Positions 1 through 11,699 of a DNA stretch of 64,000 bases are shown here, in pieces. The first letter of the stretch is position 1; each line of letters opens with the position of its first letter. Under the pieces are notes generated by a model. The model did not search any database and had not been told where the DNA came from. It saw nothing but the letters and a program-made list of their open reading frames with translations. Source of the stretch: Eledone cirrhosa (taxonomy: Eukaryota); contig OZ024742.1 in assembly GCA_964016885.1 (NCBI GenBank), positions 333,684,001 to 333,748,000 on the forward strand. Reading direction: 5' to 3'. Both the position numbers and the translations under genes were made by a program.

Positions 1-293
1 TCATCAAAAAATTTGTTTATACCATTAAATGTAAAGGATGCGTTGAAGATCATATAGGACAACCTAAACTCACACTCAGAAACATAATAACAATTCATCG
101 CCAACAATTACGAGAACCTACCACAAGACAGATACCACTCAGAGCACATCTAGACATATGCGCAAGTAATAAGACACCAACATTTCAAGTCTTCCCATGT
201 TATCTTTGCGTTGACAATACAGCAGAACAAATATGAATAAATAAGGAAAATATGTTTATTCCAACATATAGACCAGCATTAAATATAGTTTAA
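1..293 (+). pseudogene. PLE GIY-YIG endonuclease C-terminus (Neptune-like), decayed
   Basis: Manual translation from 15: VYTIKCKGCVEDHIGQPKLTLRNIITIHRQQLREPTTRQIPLRAHLDIC...FQVFPCY..I*INKENMFIPTYRPALNIV*. Colinear with ORF 40563-41114; one frameshift and one stop. Confidence 0.85.
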
Positions 294-839
294 CATACAT
301 TATCTTAACACCATAACATGCTAACCATCCAAATAGACACATACATGCACACACACACACACACATAACACCTATATTCGAAAATAAAAACCAGATATAA
401 ATAAACCTTAGCATACGTTAATACCCTAACACTTTAACATGCTAACAATACCCCCCCCCCCCCCCACACACACATATCTCCCTCCTCCATTTCTACTAAG
501 GGAATCATTTTCCTACACACACAAATATATATTATCTCCATCTTAAGATTCTAACCATACTCCCACACACACATACACATACTGATATAACACCCATACA
601 CACACAAACGTATCTCCCTCCCCCACTTCTACTAATAGAATCATTTTCCTACACACACACACACCAGCACACGAATAAATCTATATATCTCTACTTTCTT
701 TATTTCAATAGAAAATCTGAATTTTGATACCTCAGCACATCAGCCATAATCACTAAACCAGAATAATTCTCCCCATCCCTTTTTTCTTGAAGATTATCAA
801 TTGTTTGGCACAAAATTCTCTAAATGGCAACAACAAAAT

Positions 840-1140
840 TCCCCAAATACGGGCGCGAATTTAATGTACTTGTTCACGTGACAGTCATAATTTCATTTAT
901 AACCAATCAAATTACATTTAAAAAAAAACTTTTGAGGCATTTTTTTAAGTAAAAAGAAACTCAAACAGAAACTGGCGCGAAAGTTGATGTACTTATTCAG
1001 GTGACAGCATCAACCAACCAAATTTCACTCATACATGAAAAAACATTATGTTTAAGGCAAATATAATAAGAAATTTGTAACGCGAACTGGCGCGAAATTT
1101 ATTATACTTATTCACGTGAGTCTTCAACCAACCAAATCTC
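840..1140. promoter_or_regulatory. Three imperfect ~120-bp repeats with E2F-like, E-box and CCAAT-like motifs
   Basis: GGCGCGAA(A) at 852, 974, 1089; CACGTG/CAGGTG at 875, 998, 1113; AACCAATC/AACCAACC downstream in each unit. Confidence 0.4.
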
Positions 1141-2044
1141 TTTTCTAAAAATCTAGCATTTCGTGCCACTTTTTTCCATATAAAACAGAAGTAACATTCG
1201 AACACCAACCAGATGCGAAAAAACCCACAAACTCTTCATTTCAATTCTACGCAGTTCAGTTGCATTTTCGATTTCATCTTTTTTCCTTATACTTTCACTC
1301 ATGTAGGACGTCTCGTTTTTTTTTTCACTTTGTAAAAAAAAAACCCTCATTTTCTAATATATATATAAATTTATATTTACTCCTAGAATTAACGATTAAC
1401 TGATTAATTTAATTAGATAATTCTATTGATTGATTAATTGTTTATGTTTGTTTGATAACTTACTGGCTGAGTGCTTAATTCGGTTTGTCTAAAGGGATTC
1501 ATTCCTTTATCTCAAATTGGAATTCACCGCCTAAGCGGGGGTTACCTCCCTTGCAGAAAACCACGTGTCTGTGGCGACATTTAAAGCTACACCATACCCG
1601 CTCAGGCTAAGAACAAAAGACTTGCTGAAGAAGTAAATCCTATGTTCTGTCGTCAAAAACCATTATATTGCAGACTCCTGCAATCGGAATTTGTCGATAT
1701 TGGATTTGCAGGAACTTAGCGCTGATATTATTTGCTGTATATGATGTATATTGTGGATATACGATGTAAGTTATATATTTTGCCCTCAGCCTCACCGCTC
1801 TGTCCGGGTCAGTATAAAATCTTTTCCTGGGTCCTGTATTTTCGTTGCTCTAGTGATGCGGCTGGACTGCCGACCGCTATATCTGATTTGCTAAGCTGTC
1901 TGAACGTAATGTTATTACTCTGGGATCCTTCCTCATCCGAGTGCTAAAGCTACAGACCGATTATGCATTCACTAGCTTGGCCGTGTTCTAAAGCTTCGTC
2001 AATGCTGTACTAAAATTTATATATATATATATATATATGATAAT

Positions 2045-2242
2045 AATGGAGCTGCGGCGCTGCAAATGTGTTACATATGAAAAAGTTTGTCCTCGTCAGT
2101 GGCCTTCCAACCGTCGCAGGCATTTCGTCGCATTAAAGGCCATATACTTCAGGTTGGTGCGAGCAACGGCTAAAAAAAGTCGTTGGGACACGTAAATAAA
2201 GGGGACGCTAGGGTAAACAGACAAAATGGTTTAAGCAGCAGA

Positions 2243-2245
<3 letters not shown>
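2045..2245 (-). repeat. Fragment of the 636-bp repeat family seen at 19260-20139, between (TA)n tracts
   Basis: Shared sequence GGTTGGTGCGAGCAACGGCTAAAAAAAGTCGTTGGGACACGTAAATAAAGGGGAC. Confidence 0.8.
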
Positions 2246-2278
<33 letters not shown>

Positions 2279-3042
2279 AAGATGAATATAAATTGAAAGT
2301 GCTTTTATAAAGGAACTTATTAGGTATTGACATATGTTTCTGTAACAGACGGAATATCTATGTATCGCTGCTTGCGTAATCATATATTGTTAGCAAGTAT
2401 TCGATAGCAAATGTATAATCAGTTGTCACTTCTTCAGAGATATTGGATAAATTGGAAAAAATCAGAAAATTGAAGTTTTTATATTAGTTGTAAGAAAGGA
2501 AGAAGAGAGGGGATAGTATAGGACAGGTGGCAATTCAATTTACTGGTAAACAAGTATATAAATGTTTCTAATGAGAATACAATGAGTATATGGTTTATTG
2601 TATCTAAATAAGAATTTTTGGGAGTGCCTATTTTAATCTATACTTGACCAATTGAACAATGGACAGGGCTGGTCGTTTGGTGTAGTAGTATTAATAGATA
2701 TAAAGTGTCAATTAAGGAAGAGGGAGAGGGAGATTTTCACTGCTACTGAATAACAACAATGCTGGTAGCCTGCTGCTATATGTATTAGGGAATTGAATTA
2801 AGAAATCTCATTTTATCTATAGCAGTTTATATTAAATGGTAAAGAATAGAGGAGTTGATAGAAGACTAATAGAGAATGTTAATATGTATTTTGACAATCA
2901 AACGGAGATGGAGACATGCGTTCAATGCTGGTAGTGTTTGTAATATGAAAATGTAGATTTCAAGCGATGGTTACAGTATAACGATCGCCCTATTCTGTTA
3001 TTTAATAAAATATTTTTTGATTTCATAATACAAAATAATTCC

Positions 3043-3400
3043 AACATCATATACAAATGTACTATCGAATAGGATAGCCAGAAGTGGTACTATGTGGGGT
3101 CTACAGCTACCTCCTTCAAATCTCGCCTTTATAGACATCGTTACTCAATAAAACATGAACACCAGCGTTATGTAACAACACTCGCAGACAAGGCTTGACT
3201 GCTGCGCGAAAATAACCAACAATTTAACCTAAAATGGGATATAATACCAGGGCCCCTGCATTCCCACGGACCGGAATTTTGTAAATTATGTAATATGGAA
3301 TTATTTTGTATTATGAAATCAAAAAATATTTTATTAAATAACAGAATAGAGCGATCGTTATACTGTAACCATCGCTTGAAATCTACATTTTCATATTACA
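3043..3400 (+). pseudogene. PLE GIY-YIG endonuclease, decayed
   Basis: NIIYKCTIE*DSQKWYYVGSTATSFKSRLYRHRYSIKHEHQRYVTTLADKA*LLRENNQQFNLKWDII...CKLCNMELFCIMKSKNILLNNRIERSLYCNHRLK; two in-frame stops. Confidence 0.88.
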
Positions 3401-3900
3401 AACACTACCAGCATTGAACGCCTGTCTCCATCTCCGTTTGATTGTCAAAATACATATTAACATTCTCTATTAGTCTTAATTCTATCAACTCCTCTATTCT
3501 TTACCATTTAATATAAACTACTATAGATAAAATGAGATTTCTTAATTCAATTCCCTAATACATATACCAGCAGGCTACCAGCATTGTTGTTATTCAGTAG
3601 CAGTGAAAATCTCCCTCTCCCTCTTCCTTAATTGACACATTATATCTATTAATACTACTACACCAAACGACCAGTCCTGTCCATTGTTCAATTGGTCAAG
3701 TATAGATTAAAATAGGCACTCCCAAAAATTCTTATTTAGATAAAATAAACCATATACTCATTGTATTCTCATTAGAAACATTTATATACTTGTTTACCAG
3801 TAAATTGAATTGCCATCTGTCCTATACTATCCCCTCTCTTCTGCCTTTCTTACAACTAATATAAATACTTCAATTTTCTGATTTTTTCCCATTTATCCAA

Positions 3901-4018
3901 TATCTCTGAAGAAGTGACAACTGATTATACATTTGCTATCGAATACTTGCTAACAATATATGATTACGCAAGCAGCGATACATAGATATTCCGTCTGTTA
4001 CAGAAACATATGTCAATA
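3901..4018 (+). ncRNA. Type I hammerhead ribozyme motif, long stem II (inverted copy 2325-2442, -)
   Basis: CTGAAGA A-GTGACA..TGTTAC-A GAAAC ATAT GTC; palindromic stem III; stem I weak/bulged. Confidence 0.6.
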
Positions 4019-4151
4019 CCTAATAAATTCCTTTATGAAAGCACTATCATTTTATATTCATCCTTTCTACATTTTCTCCGGGAGCACAGCTACACGTAAG
4101 CTGTTCATCTCTAACGTGAGGATATATTATCACTACATTATTGATAACCTG

Positions 4152-4191
<40 letters not shown>

Positions 4192-4246
4192 CGGAAGAAT
4201 TGTGGTAAGGAACCAGGTGGACCATAACGCACCAAAGTACTCAATA

Positions 4247-4336
4247 ATTATTAAATTAGCAAACTGGAAATCTATAATAAATTGAAGTGAAAACCAACAG
4301 GTGCATGCGTTTGTACTAACAACGGGAACCCGCTAA

Positions 4337-4380
<44 letters not shown>

Positions 4381-4470
4381 TTAGCAGGTTCCCGTTGTTA
4401 GTACAAACGCATCCACCTGTTGGTTTTCACTTCAATTTATTATAGATTTCCAGTTTGCTAATTTAATAAT
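4247..4470. repeat. Near-perfect palindrome (~95-bp arms) centred on a (TA)n tract
   Basis: ATTATTAAATTAGCAAACTGG...GCTAAAGTT (TA)n AACTTTAGC...CCAGTTTGCTAATTTAATAAT. Confidence 0.95.
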
Positions 4471-4591
4471 CGGATGGCTCTTTATTTGTTTATTTTCAAT
4501 GCTCTTTCGTCACAAATTCTATGACCTCTTCAGTGACTACTTTGTTATTTTTGTATTTCCTTTCTACTTGGGTTACGCATGCGTTTAACCC

Positions 4592-4625
<34 letters not shown>

Positions 4626-4641
4626 ATGTGTGCGTGTGCGT

Positions 4642-4678
<37 letters not shown>

Positions 4679-4964
4679 CGTACGTGTGTGTGTGCGTTTG
4701 TGTGTGTGTGTTTTATTAGTAATTATTGGCATGACAGCAATACATTCCAGAGTATAATGTTCGTCAATGCAACTCCCAACGTTGAAGAATCTTCCAGATT
4801 TAGAAGTGTTCTAACAAATTAGAAATAAATATTAAGAAAATATTTAAATTTTGAAAGGTAACAGGTATTACCATAAAAGCATTAACTAGTAGAATATATC
4901 CTTTTGAATAAAAAGCCCTACAGTGGTAGGAAATGTATACTCCTATAAACAAAAAAGGTGACAT

Positions 4965-5622
4965 GGCCGGCAGGATTTATTCCTGAATTTTCAGAACATT
5001 GAGGTCTCGAAATATCCGCACTATAATTCTCTGTTCTCTAATTTTGCCCCGTCCCTCCTTGAATACTTTTGGCCACCGTGGTCTGCACAAATGAAACAAA
5101 ATATTATGGAAATTGAAGCACCCCAAATGTCAATTACAAAACGCATAGGTGGCATGACATGCTTTGTCTATGTGGTTCGACTAGAAAACCTCAAACTTTT
5201 CTCTCCAACAACACCAGTGAACATTACATTATCTGAATGAGGAGGGAAATATACCACCACTTTTGACCAGACGATGTTAGTAGCATCTATGAAATCCACC
5301 TAAACTAAGGCCGTCAGCTATACACTGTCTAGAAAAGTCAAACTCGCATCTCATAACAAAATTATGGCACAATGATTTCACATCAACTAGTCCCACTCAG
5401 ATCTCATAAAATTCAAAATGTCTTTGGACAAATTACTCCTAGAAATTCAGGATAAACTCCCTTCATTCAGATATGTCTCCGAAAAAAATAACATTTTAAC
5501 ATGAGAGGGTCCTGGAGTAGACATCAAGACTGAGGTGTGAATTATGATTTGAAAGACCCTGCAAGGTGCTACTAAGTTAGATATCGCCTGTGCCAATATT
5601 GGCCGAAAGTTATCAAAGTTAA
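4965..5622 (+). mobile_element. CR1-type LINE 3' fragment, decayed
   Basis: Translates to SRNIRTIIL/FSNFAPSLLEY..PW...IEAPQ..ITKRI.GM and FKMSLDKLLLEIQD; overlaps the C-terminus of ORF 12873-13178. Confidence 0.7.
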
Positions 5623-5827
5623 ATATACGTATATAGCTCTCTCTCTCTCTCCATGTCTCTCTCTCTCTCTCTCCCTCTCACTCTCTCTCTCCCCCTCTCT
5701 CTCTCCCCCTCTATATCTCGCTCTCGGTCTCTCTCCCTCTCTATCTATCTATATATATATTTATAGAGAGAGAGAAAGAGAGACATAGAGAGAGAGAGAG
5801 TGAAAGAGAGTGAGAGAGAGAGATAGG

Positions 5828-5958
<131 letters not shown>

Positions 5959-6209
5959 ATAAATTAACGGAGGCATAGGCCGTCGCTATTCCCTGTAAAT
6001 AATGTGCTCAAAGGGGAAGAGATCCTGAGCCCTTTAAAATATAATATGTTGAGAAGGTAACACACCAGAGAGAGATATATAGTGCGTTATCAATAATACA
6101 GGGAAAAAACCACCAGTGTATGGAATCTATAACCTATGAAAGGCAGACTATAGACACGATAATTAAAAATATAAATTAAAGCATAAATAAATACCTTTAT
6201 AACTATATA

Positions 6210-6290
6210 ACACACGTACAAATCCAAAGATATGTTTCACCAGAAAATTTGTTGAAAGAAATGGTCTAGTCTCGGTTCATCAGCGTGTGT
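6210..6290 (-). ncRNA. Type I hammerhead ribozyme, GUA triplet
   Basis: Minus strand: ACACACG CTGATGA ACCG..TGGT GAAAC ATATC TTTG GATTT GTA CGTGTGT; 7-bp stem I, extended stem III. Confidence 0.9.
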
Positions 6291-6750
6291 AAGGCCATAC
6301 ATTTCAGACAACACTAAGAGAATTTTACAATTGACTGTCCAGCTACACGTGGGAGAGAGAAGTCACAGCGTGTTTAAGGGCAGTGAACCAGTGGCCTCTG
6401 AGAGACGAACTGCTAGAAAGGGCAGCCCAAAGCCACTCAGAGAAGTGTGCTCAACCAAACAGAGATAGGAAAGACTGTTGTTAGGAGCGAAATATCACGA
6501 TAAATTAACGGAGGCATAGGCCGTCGTTATTCCCTGTAAATAATGTGCTCAAAGGGGAAGAGATCCTGAGCCCTTTAAAATATAATATGTTGAGAAGGTA
6601 ACACACCAGAGAGAGATATATAGTGCGTTATCAATAATACAGGGAAAAAACCACCAGTGTATGGAATCTATAACCTATGAAAGGCAGACTATAGACACGA
6701 TAATTAAAAATATAAATTAAAGCGTAAATAAATACCTCTATAACTATATA

Positions 6751-6831
6751 ACACACGTACAAATCCAAAGATATGTTTCACCAGAAAATTTGTTGAAAGA
6801 AATGGTCTAGTCTCGGTTCATCAGCGTGTGT
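6751..6831 (-). ncRNA. Type I hammerhead ribozyme (second unit)
   Basis: Identical to 6210-6290, shifted by 541 bp. Confidence 0.9.
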
Positions 6832-7126
6832 AAGGCCATACATTTCAGACAACACTAAGAGAATTTTACAGTTGACTGTCCAGCTACACGTGGGAGAGGG
6901 AAGTCACAGCGTGTTTAAGGGCAGTGAACCAGTGGCCTCTGAGAGACGAACTGCTAGAAAGGGCAGCCCAAAGCCACTCAGAGAAGTGTGCTCAACCAAA
7001 CAGAGATAGGAAAGACTGTTGTTAGGAGCGAAATATCACGATAAATTAACGGAGGCATATATATATATATATATATATATAAAGAATTAATATATCTACC
7101 GACATAAGTATACAGATGCATACGTC

Positions 7127-7164
<38 letters not shown>

Positions 7165-7759
7165 CGAAAAATGTATATTTAATGCATTTAAACATGACAA
7201 AATTCATCGTCGCTAGAACTGTCGTCAAAAGAGCTAAATACCGTTAAAGAGAACGATGCGAAAATTGCCTCAGGAGACAAATATAAGCGGCCAGTGGTCA
7301 ACAGGGAGGACAATTCACTATGTGGGTGAGAGGCAGATGAAATATAGAAGAGATTGTAAGAGTGGAGGAGAAGGAGAAGTCCTCCTCCTCTTTAATTTTT
7401 TCTATATTTCATTTGAAATTAAACAAATAAACAACCATGCGGTCATTAAATTAACAAACAGGACATTTATAATAAATTTAAGTGAAAATCTATAGGCGCA
7501 TGTGTTTTTGTTGTCAGCATAACCCTGCCGAAGATTAGCAATATATAAATATATACATACTGTATATATATCATAATGAATTGGGAACTGGTTGCTGAGC
7601 TATTGCCGATGAACATCTAATTCTATCTAACCTGATTTATATATATATATATATATATATATAAAGGATCAATCGATTTCCGTCAAATCGGACCGAGGAA
7701 ACAATGTGTTTCTCGGTCTTTCCAGTTGCTAATACTATCTACCGGTCGCAACTCCAGGT

Positions 7760-7888
7760 AGAAGGAGCAACGTGAAATAAAGTGTCTTGCTCAAGGACAT
7801 AACGCATCGCATCGCCTGGTCCAGGATTCGAACTCAAAACCTCAAGTTTGTAAATCCAATTCTCTAACCACTCAGCCACACGCTTTCA
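7760..7888 (-). mobile_element. tRNA-derived SINE head (family with AAGTGTCTTGCTCAAGGAC core)
   Basis: Minus strand A box TGGCTGAGTGG and B box GTTCGAATCC; related decayed copies ~10930-11040 (-), ~28015-28080 (+), ~50948-51120 (+). Confidence 0.75.
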
Positions 7889-8102
7889 CCAATATATAAA
7901 TATAATTTGTTGTAAGAGACTATTTTGTGTTCCTAACTCAATATATACGTTTGATAGATATATATAAGAGTTAAACAAGATTCAATGAGTACATTAGAGA
8001 ATGAGTTTTACAATAGATTGGAAGCACTCTACGATATAATTTTCCAGAGTTATTGATATTAAAATGAAATATTAATAAAATAGATGTTCTTTTGATCAAT
8101 TA

Positions 8103-8157
8103 CATTTTATTATACATATTTCGGAGGTACAACAGTACATCCTCATCAGACAAAATA
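8103..8157 (-). ncRNA. Type I hammerhead ribozyme, AUA triplet (family A)
   Basis: TATTTTGT CTGATGA GGATGTAC TGTT GTACCTCC GAAAT ATGT ATA ATAAAATG. Confidence 0.85.
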
Positions 8158-8161
8158 TAAT

Positions 8162-8345
8162 TGTTTCTACTTTAGGCACAAGGCCAGCAATTACCCAGTG
8201 CATTACTGGTACTTTATTTTATCGACCCCGTAAGGATGAAAGGCAAAGTCAACCTCGGCGGGATTTGAACTCAGATCGTAAAGGGACGTAACTATGCTGG
8301 AAAGCATGGCGTCCGACCCTCTACCGATACTGCCAATCCACCACC
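8162..8345 (-). mobile_element. ~190-bp tRNA-derived SINE (Deu/Nin-like core) with 16-bp TSD
   Basis: B box GTTCAAATCC, core TTGCCTTTCATCCTTACGGGGTCGATAAAATAAAGTACCAG; TSD TCAGACAAAATATAAT at 8146 and 8346. Confidence 0.9.
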
Positions 8346-8357
8346 TCAGACAAAATA

Positions 8358-8484
8358 TAATGATACATGATATACCCTGAGATGTTAAATGGTTAAGATT
8401 TAATCAAGGTTACGCACGCATTTAATGATACATGACATACCCTGAGATGTTAACTGGTTAAGATTTAATCATAGTTACGCACGC
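8358..8484. repeat. 65-bp tandem duplication
   Basis: TAATGATACATGA.ATACCCTGAGATGTTAA..GGTTAAGATTTAATCA..GTTACGCACGCA occurs twice. Confidence 0.9.
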
Positions 8485-8502
8485 ACACACACACACACCC
8501 AT

Positions 8503-8541
<39 letters not shown>

Positions 8542-8732
8542 GTATAGGATTACCCAAGATGTAGTACTGGTTAATTACTACACTGGATACGGTTGACGTA
8601 CGGTGAGAGGTTACTCTACGAGTTATGGAAGAATTGTTCAAGAAACTTAGTTCCTGATCCTTCTTTATTCCGGAGTGTATATAAAGAATGAATAATAACA
8701 GGTAGACATCAAAAAAGGTAATTTATTCCGTG

Positions 8733-8844
8733 TGCTTACAAATGTTTCCACGGTGGTACTACAGCCTAGTTATGCTATGTGCAAATTTACAAGTATTTGC
8801 AGAACTCAAATATCCAATGCTGTGACCATTGTATCCTCAGAGCA
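8733..8844 (-). ncRNA. Type I hammerhead ribozyme motif between ~45-bp inverted repeats (8678-8723 / 8849-8892)
   Basis: TGCT CTGAGGA TACAATGGT..ACCACCGTG GAAAC ATTT GTA AGCA. Confidence 0.75.
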
Positions 8845-8898
8845 GAATAATTACCTTTTTTGATGTCTACCTGTTATTATTCATTCTTTATATTCATT

Positions 8899-8972
<74 letters not shown>

Positions 8973-9170
8973 ATATATCTGTGTGTGTGTGTGTGCGTGC
9001 GTGCGTAACTATGATTATTTCATGAAACATGGCAAGATGCAAAGGAATTTGCTCGTGTCGGGTATTGAACCTCAAACGTAAAATCACATTCTTAATTTTC
9101 GAATGGAAATTTTCCAACTTCTTAGCATTTTGCCAATTCATGATCTTACTGTTATTATTATAACATAAAT

Positions 9171-9441
9171 GTTAACTTTGCCTTCCATCCTTACGGGGTC
9201 GATAAAATAAAGTACCAGTAATACACTGGGATAATTGCTGGTCTTGTGCCAAAAGCAGAAACAATTATTATAACATAAATGTATCGGTAGAGAGTCGGAT
9301 ACCATGCTTTGAAGCATAGAGTTACGTCCCTTTATTATCTGAGTTCAAATCCCGCCGAGGTTAACTTTGCCTTTCATCCTTACGGGGTCGATAAAATAAA
9401 GTACCAGTAATGTACTGGCCTTGTGCCCAAAATAGAAACAA
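9171..9441 (+). mobile_element. Two tandem copies (one 5'-truncated) of the ~190-bp SINE
   Basis: SINE core occurs twice; TTATTATAACATAAATGT lies before, between and after the copies. Confidence 0.9.
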
Positions 9442-9711
9442 TTATTATAACATAAATGTGTTTCTCTCTTAGAAGAATGGCAAGAAATGTGAAAGGTGGA
9501 ATGTGATCTCTTAAATATTTATGGCATATTTATGGCCCCCGGACCAATGAAAAACAAATATGGTTTTGGCTGGAATTAAAATTTGAATGAAAGTTGCCCT
9601 ATCTAAATACCTCAATGAATTTTGCCGCTGTATTAAAGTGTGTAAATCTACCCACACCTTCCTCCAATTAATATAGTTTATACGTTTGGCACAAAGCAAG
9701 CAATGTGAAGG

Positions 9712-9890
9712 GAAGTGTCCAGTCGATTAAATCGAACCTAGTGCGTAACTGGATCTTTATTTTATCATCCCCGTAAAGGTGAAAGGCAACGCTAACCTCG
9801 ATGAAATTTGAACTCGTAACCTAAAGGGGTTACAACTATATGTCACCAATCATGTAATGTGACGCTCTACTGATATTGCTAATCCGCCAA
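9712..9890 (-). mobile_element. Older copy of the ~190-bp SINE family
   Basis: Diverged match to the SINE core and B box. Confidence 0.75.
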
Positions 9891-11506
9891 CTTTTTATTT
9901 ATATTAATGATAATTTGACAATTACTTGAGGCTAGTACCATGCGTATAATAAAACTAGTTTACTATTTTATTTGCATTTTCAAGACTGTACCTTCAAGTG
10001 CATTTTGTTCTATTTAATCGATTAAATCATTTTCTAATAAGTCATTTCTTTGTAATATTGTAGGTCATCAATAATTAATATTTGTGAAAATTCACCAGTT
10101 CTACCGAATACCTCTCTAGGGAGCTAACGAGACGAAACATGTACGTCTCCATCAAATGATATCTTAACATGAATATATTTCTAAGAAGAAATATCAATCC
10201 AAAATTATTTTCTGATTGAATGAATCTGCTTATATATTCAACGTCGGAGTACATTTCCGTCTAAAGCTTTTTAATTCGTTAGAAAGGACAGTTTTGAAAA
10301 AAATGTTTGATATACATAAGACGTTTTCCCACATGTATTATATATACATAATATATATTGATACTACTTTTGATGTGAAAGCTGTCAAAACGAACCTTAT
10401 CGTCTTTCGCTTTATTTCCAAGCCTAAATTATTGCTATTCTTACTGATATTGACAAGCATTTAATACACTTGAAAGAAAAATATAATAACTTACCCAGAC
10501 ATTTGTAATATTCAAATACTAATGTTCAATATATACCAGTTTCGCTACTTCTCTCTCTAAATATCGGAACGCCATGCTGCATAACACATTTCATCAAGCA
10601 AGCTCACGTAAATTTTACTACGTGCTCAATCTAGCTTCTAGAAATATAAATAAAATCATTTTCAGATCAAAGACTAAGTTTTCTAAACAATGGAGAACAA
10701 ATAGAAAAACATAGTCTGATACTCTATGATGAAAAGAACCTCTTCGGCCTTAGATGGCAATAGGTTATGCTCCCAAGACTGAATAAGCAGAAACCTGAGT
10801 AAGGCAATTTGGGAAAGAGCAGCTATCGAGAAAACTAGTTTCCATTTTTCACGAGACTAATATTTTCCAATGAAAAGCCAAAGACCAATTCAGCTTGGCA
10901 CCAGTGTCATTGCAAATTATTATCCAAGCTGACTGAACTGGAGTAACGTGTCTTTAAGTGTCATGCTCAAGAACGAACGAGCCTCCAGAAATCGGATACA
11001 CTATATCAAAATCGTAATCTCAGCACTCTAAAACGTAAGTCATTCGTTTTCAGAACACCAGAAACACCGCCTCTATGCCGTTTCTCATATATATGTTCAA
11101 TATTGTTTGACCTGCCGCCTAACTAATGCAAACCACGAAGTTGAACGCCAAATTTTTCCTGCATTTGAGAATTCCAACTTTTGAAAATCATTAAAGTGTT
11201 ATTCCGCTCAATTTAGTGTAAATGGATCTTCTTAAAGACTCTAATTCCGTTTTCACCATTTTTTCCTATATATTTAGTTGTTATCGAAATGGAACGGAAG
11301 AGAGCTGCAGTTTAATAATGTAAGGCACATTAGTGGAGAAATTACATATTTGCTTCATATGAAAATTATTTCTACAAGAAGAGAAATGTTGCATATCTTT
11401 TATACAATCAGGAAAGACAAATATACTCGCCTGAGCAGCTCTGTTAGAGAACTGGTGTCAGATAGAAATACGGCCCCCACATATGATGGTGAGTTGCAAT
11501 TGGAGA

Positions 11507-11608
11507 GAGCTCCTGACGAACGAATAAGGTGTAGACTACTAGGGAGATGGAGGAATCCGTGATACATTTAACACCTACGAAATCACTTACAAACAAGTGA
11601 CGGGGCTT
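11507..11608 (+). ncRNA. Decayed type I hammerhead motif (cleavage triplet mutated)
   Basis: GAGCTC CTGACGA ..AGGTGT..ACACCT.. GAAAT CACTT ACAAAC AAGTG ACG GGGCTT; triplet reads ACG. Confidence 0.5.
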
Positions 11609-11656
11609 CAATGAAGAGAGTACAGGCCAACTTTAAAAAAGTCAACACACACACAC

Positions 11657-11699
<43 letters not shown>

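Larger units (their letters stand above)
1..2018 (+). mobile_element. 3' part of a Penelope-like element (EN + long 3' UTR/pseudo-LTR) ending at a (TA)n tract
   Basis: GIY-YIG remnant, then non-coding region with promoter-like repeats (840-1140) and a degenerate HHR-like motif (CTGAAGA AGTAAATCC..GGATTTGCA GGAAC, ~1626-1720). Confidence 0.6.
2274..4069 (+). mobile_element. 5'-truncated PLE with inverted duplication (arms 2274-3043 / 3296-4069)
   Basis: ~770-bp near-identical inverted arms, GIY-YIG remnant across spacer and right arm, HHR in each arm, (TA)n on both flanks. Confidence 0.9.

Noticed and set aside
7790-7888. tRNA gene
   Set aside because: A and B boxes are present, but the sequence continues into a SINE core and gives no convincing cloverleaf.
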